64,000 nt of DNA from Candidatus Woesearchaeota archaeon (lineage in GTDB: Archaea > Nanobdellota > Nanobdellia > Woesearchaeales > SM23-78): NCBI GenBank assembly GCA_016932315.1, contig JAFGDD010000018.1, positions 115,969-179,968 on the forward strand. The letters are read 5' to 3'. Position 1 is the stretch's first letter. Each line of letters opens with the position of its first letter. Below, one piece after another: positions 1 to 12,000 of this stretch. Position numbers and translations under genes: made by a program. The notes beneath the pieces were generated by a model, which was not told where the DNA came from, made no database searches, and worked only from the letters and a program-made list of their open reading frames with translations.

Positions 1-3000
1 GTTTGCTGTTGTGATGTTTGGCGCCGGTGGGTATAAGTCTATTGTTATGTTCCATGTTTCAGAGTAGCCGATAGTGTGATAGCTGGTGTTATCATAGCAT
101 GTGATGTTCCAATAGTATCTTCCGTCGAGCCCTTCAACTGTTATGTTGTTCTCTGCATGGTTGGTTATATCTGCTCCGCTCTTTGAGTTGTTGGCAACAC
201 CATTGAGGTAGATGGTGCAGTTTTCTATGCCTGTGTCATCGCTCACATTGAAGTAGAACGTTTGGGTTGGGTTGTTGGACAGGTTGTCATCTGCTGGCTT
301 GGTAAGGTTGATTACAGGCGCAATGTATACATTGAATGAGCGTGTTTCTGATGTGTTGGTATGGTTGGCATTATCCCAGCAGGTAACATTCCAGTAATGA
401 GCTCCTTCTGTGAGCCCGATCATGCTGGTGTTGGTTTCAGTGTTGTTCTCAGCCAGGAAGTTGCTCCTGTTGATAATTCCGTCGATGGTAAGGTTGCATG
501 TTAAGTATTGGTCGATGTTGTCTGTTACTGTGAAGTTAAGCTTTATGGTCGTGCTTGTTGAATTGTATCCTTCACCAGGATAAGTCAGGTTTATAATAGG
601 AGGTGTCCTGTCGATATACACTATCCCTGTTGAAGAGTTGCCTTGGTTTGCAGCCAGGTCAATGCACACGATTTTCCAATCATATTCTCCTTCAGGAATA
701 TTGGTTACGGTGAAGTTATTGCTGACGTTTACTGTTATCTCTGCAGTGCTCTTTGTTGCATTGAACTCTTCATTCAGGTATAATGAGCAGTTGGCTATCC
801 CTACGTTTTCTGTGACATTGAAATAGAATGTGATATCTGTAATGTTAAATGTTGAATTTGTCTCTGGGCTTAATAATGTAACATTCGGCGGAGTTGTGTC
901 ATTGACTATTACTGTCTGCATTGTCGGGCCGTAGTACTCATTGTAGTCAGTTACAGCGTAGCATCGGATTAGGTTTGTTGATGGGCTGCTGCCGTTCATT
1001 AAAAAGGTTACATTGGTGGTTCCTGCTGTCATATTTCCAAGCGATTGAGGATTGGATTGCCCTGCAGCAAGAATAATGTTGCCGGTTGTGTTTATGTTGG
1101 TCCAGCTAATCGCTGATGGTGCTGATGAATTGTATTGGGCGTAAACATATGTGTTGATGCATGTCCCGTAGGTGCAGTTCACAAAGCATGTCATGTTTCC
1201 TGTTTCCCCAAGCCCAAGTTCTGTCGTGCCTGTCGGATATATCAGGTCAGTTTCGATATCTCCGATAACATAGAATTTTTCGAATATTACCCATGAGTCT
1301 GACCTGTCATCCCATGAGTGAGTGTACCATTGATCCTCGTCCTCATTGTATACGTCTACTACCAGCTTCAGCCTGTCAGTCGGGCTTAGGAACCAATTTT
1401 GCGTTGTTGTGTTGGTTCCTGTCAATGTCAGGGGAGCGCCTGCTGATGTGATTATGTTGGTATTGCCCGGAGCTCTGCCGTTGCTGTCATCTCCAACGCT
1501 TGTTATTAGATAATCCCCTGATTCATTTGTCAGATAGATCTTCCAGGTGACTGCTCCTACTATTCCCGCGAGGTCATATGATGATGCCATGAACCTGCCG
1601 CTGAAGTTCACGTCTGTGCCTGCTGGTATGAGCACTCCATTGCCTGCCAGGAATGGTGTTGTTGCATTGGCGACATTGTACATTGTGCCTGACGGGATGG
1701 TTACGTTAACGCTGTTGGTTGTTCCGTCCCTTGCATTTGCAAGGTCTATGTTTGCTGTTTCTTCTGCCCAGTTCGAGGTTGAGGTTTCATACCAGATGTT
1801 AGTCCAGTTCGGCTTGACGCTGGCGACTGTGAAATTCCTGGTCTCAGACACATTGGAGCGCCCAATCTGGTCGGTGCAGTTGACGAACCAGTTGTAGGTG
1901 CCATCATTGAATTGTTGTGCGAAGTATTGTGCCGGCGTGTTGGTTGGTAAATTATTCCTCGTCTTGTTGTAAGTGCCGTTGATGTATAGCGAGCAGTTAG
2001 CGTACTGGCTGGAGTCAGTAATGTTGAAGTTGAATTCTACAACCGATGAGTTCAGTGTTGCCCCATTATCAGGGGCTTCGAGGTTTATCACAGGATTCAG
2101 CAGGTCTATTCTTATTGTCCTGTTAGTCGTCTGATTTGATAATCCTGTGCTGTCATTGAGCCAGACGTAATAGGTGTAGATTCCGTCGGATAATCCTGTA
2201 ATTGTGAAGTTGGTGTAGGTTCCAGGGTAATCAAGTGTCTGGTTTGCAGTGCCTTGCCAGTATAATACTATCTTGCCGGGGTGGGCGTCATAGTGCGTGA
2301 CGTTGATGGTGAATGAGGTGTCTGATTGTACGTGATTGTCGTTAGGCGTGGGTGTTGTGTAGTTTATTGTGGGTGGTGTAGCATCTATTGTTATATTTAC
2401 TGTTGCATTGGCAGAATTGTTTGCAATATCTGTTCCTTTAATGGTTAGGGTGTAGTTTCCGTCGCTAAGAGTTGATATGTTCAATAATTTTGGCGTCGCA
2501 TTTGCTGTTGTTCCATTCTGCCCGTTGGCGGCGTTGTTTACATAGACAGTATAATTAAGCGGATCTGCCAGGCTGTCTGTAATGGTGAAATTAATCAGCG
2601 GCGTAGAGTCGTTTAGCAGTGTGTTGTTACCTGGGATGGTTATATTGATGATTGGTGCGGTGGTATCAATCGTTATGTTTAACACATCATCTGTTCCCAT
2701 GTTGTTACCGTTATCATAGCACATAACAGTCCAGTTGTAGCTTCCCTGCGTCATGTTGGTGAGGTTGAAGGTGTTGTTGGCGTTGTCAGTAACCTGTGAT
2801 CCTGTTTTTGAATGGTTGTACACTCCGTTGATGTATAGCGAGCAGTTCTGTATTCCTGAACCGCTTTCCGAGATGTAGAATGTAAAATTCACATCGTCAT
2901 AATTCAGCCATCCTTCAGGCCTGACAAGCGTTACAGTTGGCGCTATTGTATCGGGTGTGATGTTGAACCAATAGTAATCAGACGCATTCACGAAATCTGT

Positions 3001-6000
3001 CTGGTACGCCCATGAGATCGCCGAATAGTTCCCGATGCTGAGGCCTGATGTGCTGTAATTATAATAATAGAATCCTCCGGTTGTTGTTCCACTGCTCCTA
3101 TTGAGGAATTGCTCTCCGCGCCCATTGGCTAATGTTACAGGATTATTAATCTCGTCCATGAAGCTTATAATTCTATCAGAGCCTGTCTGGCTTGTGAAAA
3201 CCATCCAGACCTGCATGCTGTAATTGTCGCCTGCAGTGATGTCTGGGTTGCCATTGTTGCTGAAGCCCACCATGTCTCCTTCGCCGTTGGCATCGTTGTC
3301 GTCGTCAAACGTGACTATACCTTTGGTGGCGCCGGCGCCATTGACAGTAAACTCGTCAATGAAGAGCATGATTGATCCAAGGCCGCTGTAGGACTCTGTG
3401 TACCATTCCCCGGAATAGAATGTGTTGTAGGTGTTCTCCTGCATTCCCTGATAGTCATGTGTCTGGTTCTTGTTTGGTGATTGCATGAAATTTATAGTGT
3501 CGCTCCATGAGCTCTCATTGCTGAACAAGTATGAGAACCATGTGTTTTCATACGCGTAGATATTGTTCTCGCTGCTGCCGAAATATGCGCTTAAATTGGC
3601 TCTGACGAATATTTCTGAGTCGCCGAACCAGATGGTGTAATTTGTGTTGGTGCTTGATGGCGACACCGAGTTGATGCTGCCGGGTATGTTTATGCGTGTT
3701 ATCGGGCCGGATATAACCGTGGAAGTGCTGTCAGTGGTGAATGAATCATTAGCAGCCACTGAGGCTAGCACTATGGCGGAATACTGGTTGGTTAGGATGG
3801 CATTGCTTACTGTGATATTCCATATTGCGCCGGCGCCTTGCTTTTGAATATGTTGTTGGTTGGTCAGGTCGCGCCCGTCGCTGAACTGGAGCGCGAATGA
3901 CTCATCGCCTGAAGAGATGATGACGTAATCTGCCGAAGTGCTTGAGCCATCATAGCTCACGCTCTCGCCGCTGCCGACGAATGTGTAGTTATGCCCTGTA
4001 TAGCTCGCTGCACTCTTGGAGTAGTCTGTCACGTCGAAATAAACGTAAAAGTTCCTTACAGTTCCTAATGATGTCACCCCGTCCAATATCCAGCTTACTT
4101 TACCGACTGCGTTGGTCGTGGCATTGAACCCGTCTGATTGCACGAATATGCTTGGCTTCTCTATGCTATCATTGTCCGCCTCCCATTCGACGACGCGTAT
4201 TGAGTTGGTGTCAAGGGTTTTTCCTGTGATGTTCAGCTGGTTCACGAGAATATCGGTGAAGTTTATGTCATCTTCGATCAGGTAATAGTTCCTTTCATAT
4301 CCTGTGGTGTTGATGTCCACTGGTATCCTGTAATGCCAGCTGGTGCTCCACCAAGGTGCTTTGCCGTTTCCTTTCACAATATCAATGTACATGCTCGTAT
4401 CCATCAGGCTGCCTGTTGAGTCTGTTGAATTGGCTGTTGCCTGCACTGTTTCTCCCTGAACATAATTGAGCTTATCAGTCACTACCTGTGTGACCAATGG
4501 CTTGGGCAATACCACAGTTAAGTTTCTGCTGCCTGTTGTGCCTGTGTTTGGGTTGGGTGAATCATCTGTGCAGTTGATGCTCCAATATAGCTGGGTGTCG
4601 TTTAAGTTGTAGAGGTAGAAGTATTGCGGCGTGTCTTCAGTTATGGTGTCATTAGTCTGGTTTATATTTCCGTTTATTATGAGCGAGCAGTTGGTTATGT
4701 TTGATGCGTAGTCGCTGACATCGTATATGAACGTGATATTACCATCGCCATCCTTCTCATTGTCAAGAGGGGAGATTGGGGTTACTATCGGAGGAGTCAC
4801 ATCCATTCCTATTGTGAGGTTGCGTACTTCTGATTGGCCGATGTTGTAGCTGATCGAGTCATCTGTGCAGTTCACATACCATGAGTAGTTACCATTGGGT
4901 ATGCCTGGCAAAGTAATGTTGTAATGCGTTCCTTCTTCCACTGTGTCCCATGTATAGTTAATGCTGTTGTTGAAGATGAACGAGCAGTTGGTTATGTTTG
5001 ATGCGTAGTCGCTGGTATTGAATTCAAATGTCACTTCGCCGTCGCTGTCCTGGGTTGCATTCGGCGGATTGAAAAGCGTGACTGTCGGTCCGGCAGTATC
5101 AGGGGCAACGATTAATATCCATGTCTCTGCTGATTTTCCGACATTAGAGCCGAGCTGGGCTGTGTCTGAGCAGTTCACATACCAGGTATAGTTTCCTGTC
5201 GGCAGGCTTTCAAACGTGAAATTATTGGTTTCACCGTTCGTTATGTTGCTGCCGTTGATTGTTGTGTTGATGCTGTTGTTGAATATGAGCGAGCAGTTGG
5301 CTATGCTGGTTACGTTCTCGCTGACATTGTAATAGAACACTACTGCACCGTCGACATCCTGGTACAGGTTGGGCGGTGAAATCAGGTGAACTATCGGGTC
5401 AGTCGTATCTGATGCTATGGTGAAATTCCATGTTGCTGAGTTGTTCTGGTTGGGTGTGCTTGCATTGTCCCAGCAGCTGATATTCCAATAGTATAACCCA
5501 TCACTTAGTCCGTAGACGCTGAAGTATTGGTTGGCGTTTTCAGTTATGGTAGTATTAGTAGTATTGTTAACCAGTATGAGGCTTGAATCATAGACGTAAA
5601 TCGTGCAGTTTGATATTCCTGAAAGCCAGTCGCTCACGTTGTAGGTAAAAGTGACATTGCCGTTGTCCGCCTGGCCTCCATTGGTTGGGGATTTCAGGTT
5701 TATGACTGGTCCTGCAGTGTCAGGCCCTATGGTGAAGTTTCTTGTTTCAGAACTTCCGATGTTGCTGTTGGATGAGTCATCTGTGCAGTTTATTCCCCAG
5801 CTGTAATTTCCATCTCCAAGACCTTCCACTGTGAAATTCAGGACAGTGCTTTCTGGCGGAGATGATGTGGTGTTGAATATTGTTCCGTTTATTATGAGCG
5901 AGCAGTTTCTCAGGGCATTATGGGTGTCATTGGCAGTGTAGTTAAATAATATAGATGAGCCCGTGAGGAATATTGTGTTGTTGCTCGGGCTGTAAAGTGC

Positions 6001-9000
6001 TATGCTTGGGGCGAATACGTCTCCTCCGATTGTCAAGTTTCTTGTTGCTGATGCATTCGTGTAGCCTAGTGTATCTGTGCAGTTTATGCTCCAGTTGTAC
6101 TGGCCGTCGGATAATCCTATTACCTGGAAGTACTGCAATACTCCCTCGCTTACACTGCTGTTGGTGCTGTTTATGTTGCCGTTTATTATGAGCGAGCAGT
6201 TGGCTATGCTGTGCCCGACGTCAGTTACGTTGTATGTGAAATTAATATCCCTAACTATGCTGTAGTTGTCGTCTGGCGGGCTCATAAGGTAAAGAGCAGG
6301 AGCAGAGGTATCTATGATTACAGTGAAGAAGGTATGGTTGAAATTATTATAATAGCTTGTTTTGTTTGCCATTGAGACTGCTGAGTGAATTCCGGCGCTG
6401 TAGCTTGAAGTGTTGAAGCTGAAGCTCACCAAGCCATTGGTTATGCTGTCCTGCTCCTGCCTTGCAATCCATTCTTGCGTTGAGCCAATTGTTGAAAGAG
6501 TGCTGTATACTTTCTCCCTGTAGCTGATGTTAATCGTTGCATAATCAATTGCAAAAACCGCCTCCTCATTATTTGCCAATGTGAAATGAGTTTCATACCT
6601 CACCCATATTTTGTTGTCGCTGCTTACATAAGAGCTCATGGTTAAGCTGTTGGCGAATGTAGAGCTGTATTCTGTGTCTGTGGCGTCATCCTGGTTGAAG
6701 TTGCCTATTGCGTCCCATGATGATGAGTTGAAATTGTAGAGCTCTGCATTGACAGGGTTGTTGGCTGTTCCTTCTGGGTCGCCATTGCATGTTATCGGGT
6801 CTGTTACGTCGTTGGTGTGGCAGTAGTTGATGCTGAAATTGAATGAGAGCAGGTTGGCTTCTTCTATGTCATCTGATATGTTATAGGTTAGATTGATGTA
6901 AGCCTCAAGTGTGGCGCTTCCGCCTCCCCATCCTCCGCCAGCGCTCCATCCCATTGCATAGTAGCCTGTGTCATCATTGGCTGTGGTGTTCAGGTAGCTG
7001 CCATAGTCTTCATCATAATCTCCTGAATCCATCAGGCTGCCGCCATCTGCAACCTTTAGCGATGTCAGGTTTAGCCTGGTCTCATTATTTGCAGGGTCGC
7101 TGGCTGCAGGATTATCGTAGTATGCATAGTGTTGCGTGTTGTTGACTCCAGCTGTAATATTCGCCCTGAACCTTACAACGCAGTAGTTTGCGTCGTCTCC
7201 GCTTTCGATTGTCCTGTTTATTGATACTAGATTGTTGCTTGAGTCATTCTTCACAATTCTTATCTCATTTGCACAGCTTGATATGTCACCGTCAAGGCCT
7301 GTGACGTTCACTTCTACCAGCACATTTGTAAGGTTTGTTGTGCTGCTCAGGATTATGGGTTTTCTCATGAGCCAGGATGTATCCCACCAAGGCATTGTTG
7401 CGTTTCCGGTTATGATGTCTGTTATCACGTCGGCAACAAGGTTATTGCCCAGGGTGTCTTTTACTGTTGTATTGATCTGGGCTTGCTCTCCTGCCTGGTA
7501 TTCTCCTTTGTCTTTGGTCACTAAAACGGCCATTGTGGAGACTATTGTTATGTTGAGCTGCCTGATCTCAGACTGGTTTTTGTTGTGGTTCGCAGAGTTG
7601 TCTGTGCAATTAACGCTCCAGTTGATTCGCGTTCCGTCTGAGAGGTCGTAGAGGTAGAAGTACAGTGTTGTGTCTTCAATAATGCTGCTATTGGTCTGAT
7701 TAATGTTGCCGTTTATTATGAGGGAGCAGTTTGAAATACCAGCAGATGTGTCGCTTACATTGTAGCTGAAGGTCACATCACCATCTGTATCAATAGAATC
7801 ATCTGCCGGTTCAATAAGCCTGATGATCGGATAATCAGTATCATTCAGGACGTGCAGCAGGCGGGATTCTGATGCTCCGGTATTTCCCCTGATATCAGTG
7901 CAGTTTATGCTCCAGTTATAATCGCCTGTCGGGAAGCTGAAGTTGAACCGGTTGGTTGCTGACTCGCCGATTTCGATTTCGTAGTCAGTGTCATTTATGC
8001 TTTCGTTTATTATAAGGGAGCAATTGGCAATGTCTGATTGCGTGTCACTTACTGTGTAGCTGAAGTTCACGTCAGGATATGTGCTGCTGTAGTCAGGCTC
8101 TGGCTCGATGAGCCCGATTTCAGGAGGGGTTGTATCAGTTCCGACTAGGAAGGAGTACACTGAAGTGTTGCCCATATTGTAGTTGGTTGAGTTGTCATAG
8201 CATTTCACATACCATACGTGCGGGTCATAGCTCAAGCCGGTAACATTGATTGTGATGGTGGATCCTTCTGTTACATTATATGTTGTGTTTATTACAGTTA
8301 TATAATCCAGTATGAGGGAGCAGTTGGCCACTCCTGAGCTTATATCAGTTACATTATATTGGAATGTTATGTTGCCGTCTGGCTCTGTTGAGTCATCTGG
8401 CGGGTTGATAAGCGTAATGTTTGGCCCGCGCTGGTCAGTGGTGGTGAAATAATAGGTGGGCGACGAGAACCAGTAGCTCCTTGAGTCATTGCAATAGACT
8501 GTTATGTTGTGGCTTCCAAGGCTGAGAACTCCGCTGATATTATGGTAATACGTGCTGTTGATGGCTTGCATTGTGGTATTGCTTCCGCCGTCAACAGAGT
8601 ACTGGCACATACCTCCGGGCGCATAATTGTAGTAGCTTAATGTTGCGTTGATGTTGAAGCCTTCTGCATCCTGTATTGAATTGTTTGTTGGGGCTGTGAC
8701 ATTGATTTTCAGGTAGTCCAGGGCAAATGTTTTGTAGCCGATGATCGGGTCGCCGTCGCTGTTGTTAAGAATGCTTCCTGTTGCATTGGTCAGCATAGCC
8801 TTTACTCTGTAGCTTCCAGGGTCATAGTATGCTGTGTTAAACAATGAAGATGAGATGTTCCATATGCTGCCCATATCTAGTATGCTGTTGGCGCTGATGT
8901 TTCTTGCGCTTCCTCCATTGGTATCATTGATCACTGTGCTGAATTGAGTGTAGGAGCCTGTGTTGTTATTCTCTACGGTCATCACAAGATAGCCTGAAAG

Positions 9001-12000
9001 ATTATAATCATTATGGTTGATTACTAGTGAGCCTGAAAAGTATTTGATGTAGACTGATGTGAAATTAATCTCATCAGCCATGCTGTTTTCATCGTCGAAA
9101 TTGATGCCCCTTACTTGTATTACCCTATTTGCAGTGTTATTCTTCCAGGCGGTGATTATGCTGCTGCTTGTGACTGTGAGCGTGCAGTTCGTTGCAGTGG
9201 TGCTTGCATTTGCCATGCTGCCATTGAGGCTGCAGCTGCCGATTGTGGTGTAGGATGAGCCGTCGTAGGCAGTTGCCTGCAGGTCTGGAAGATTATTGCC
9301 TGCTTGCAGCGAGCCTGAAGCATTGTAATAGCTTACTGTGATGATGATGTCAAATGCTGTCAGGTTGCTCAGGTTGCTTCCGCCGATGCTTGTGTAGTTA
9401 ATGTACTCACTGCTTCCCTCGCTGTCGAGCTTTGTATAGTTGACTGTTATGTTGGCGTAGTCTATTGCGAATGAGCCTCCTTCTCCGACTCCCATTGCAA
9501 CATCTACTTCATATCTTGAATATATGATGTGATCATTTATGTAGCTCGATGGGCTTGTGCTGACTGTGAATGACTGGTTTTGCTCAGTAGCAGATGTGTC
9601 GTCTTGTGTGAATGTGCTTCTGGTGCTCCAGGTGCTGCTGGTAAAGCTGTAGAGATCGAAGTTGGCAGGGTTGTTGGCGGTTCCTTCAGTTGCGCCGGCG
9701 CATGTTATCGGAGCAGTTATGTCGTCTGTGTGGCAGAAGTTAATCAGGAAGCTTAATGCGTTGACTTTGTCGCTGCTCACCCCGAGGCTTGAGATGTTGT
9801 ATGTCAGGTTTATGTATCCTTGCAGGTCATCCTCAGGTCCTCCCCATCCTCCTGTGTTTCCTCGTGTAAGTGAAATATAATCTGTGTTATCATCCCTCCA
9901 TGTGTCATTGTATGCCCCATCGCTGCTGCTGTATCCTTCTCCTGTTGATATGAAGCTGTGCCCTGTTGCATTCAGAGTTGTTGACCTTAATCCTTGGGCT
10001 TTCACCTGCTGGGTGCTGCTTTCCTGGTCAGATGACCAGTTAACAAAGCCAGGTATCAGGTTGACGTTCTCATTGTTAACATATGAATCTTTTTCAGTCA
10101 AGACCAGCACGTCTGAGTTGGCATAAACATAGAAGTACGGGTCAAGAGTTGATTCTGTCCCTTCTGTATCATTTGCCACAATGGAGAACTTGTATGTTCC
10201 TGGTGTCCAAGGTGTATAATTATATTGATATGTTGATGCTGAAATATTTGTCATGGTGGCTGTGACGTTCTGGCTGTCTGGTTTTGTTATTATCACCCTT
10301 GCTGAGCTTACGCCGTTAGAGTCATTTATGTCTGCGCTGATTGTTACCTGTTGTCCTATGCCTGTCCTGTTGGGGGATGCGGCTGCGTTGGATATGGTAG
10401 GCCCGACTTTTATGGTGAGGCTTCTTGAAGTGCTGCCTGCTGAATTGCCTGCTTGATCAGTGCATGTTACGTTCCAGTTATAGTGCCCTTCTGTTAATGT
10501 TGCGTTTGCTGTGATGTTGGTTTGAGTGTTGTTTATTACGCTGCTGTTTATGCCGTACATAGTGCTGTTTATGAAAAGCGTGCAGCTGGCGGTTGAACTT
10601 ATGCTGTCTGTGTAGTTGAAGTAGAAGTTTGGCGGGTTGTTGCTTGTGCTGTTCCCGTTATCAGGACTGATGGCATTGACAACAGGAGCTGTAGTGTCCA
10701 GGATTATGTGAACCGTGGTGCTCTTTCCTATTTTTCCAAGAGTGCCTGTGCAGTTCACATAAACGCTGTGATTGGCTTCGCTTAGCGAATTATTTGTAAT
10801 GATTTCAGTCCATGTATTGTTGATGGTGCTTGAGTTGGTGCCGTACGCTACGTCGTCTATGTAGAGTGTGCAGCTTGCTGTTGAGCTGTCATCGCTTGTG
10901 AAATTGAATCCTATACTGAGCTGTGTGCTGCTGGCGTATGTTTCATCAAGGGAAGTGTTGATGTTTACTGTTGGTGCTACAGAGTACTTTGCGCTGACAT
11001 AAACTCCTGTGTAATTGATCTGATCATACTTGGTTGAATTTTTGTAGTCGATGTAAATCCCGTTGATGCTCATGTTCCTGTTTGACTGCGTTTCCCAGGC
11101 TGTAAGGATTGTTGAATCTGTTGTGCTGATCGAGAAGTTCCCTGTGCCGGTGATATTCATTTTTCCAATGAAGATCCATGATGAGCCGTTGTACAGTGAT
11201 ACCCCTAGCGATGCATTATTGTTGCCATTTGTTGTTGAGGCAGAGGTATTATATGCGCTGATATAAACTGTCACCGTTATGTTGACTAACGGGCTTGTTA
11301 CGCTGTCAAGTGTTATGTTGGAGTAGTTGGTTGCTGTTTTGTTCACTTCTGTTTCAATGGCTGTTCCAAGGAGGCGTACGTCGTCGACAATGCATCTTTC
11401 GCCGCTGCCAGCATTGTGGTCGCATACAAATCTCATCTGGAAATTTGTATTGTTGTTGGCGCTGCTTGTCAAGCTTAAGCTTTGTTGAGATCCGCAGGCA
11501 ATATCAGAGCTTCGTGTATAAACATTGGTCCAAGTGCTTCCATCATACCAATCTGCATTGAGTTCTTCTCCTCCATCGAGGTTGTTGACATGGGGTGTAA
11601 ACCTGAATGTGATGCCTGCGTAGCCTGTCGTGTTTATTCCTGCTGTTTTTGAAATAAGATATGATGTGCCTGAAGATGCGTCCCGGAAGCTGGTGCCGTT
11701 GCAGGCGTTTGTGCTCGAGGCTGACCAGTCTCCGTCGTTGGTGTTGTCCCAGTAAGTCGCGCTTATGGAATCTGCTGAGTCATAGAAGAACACAACATCA
11801 TTGCTGCCCCCGTAAGTGATGGTCCCGCTTTCCAGGTCAGAGCTTATAGATATTGGGTCTACTGCCAGATACCACTGCCTTGCTTCGTAGAATATGTTGC
11901 TGCTGTTATTGCTATTATTATTTTTTTCTTCATAGCTTACAAATGATGGCCCCAGTTCGTAGAGTTCTGGTGTTATGAATGGCGGGATTGCAGAGTAGCT

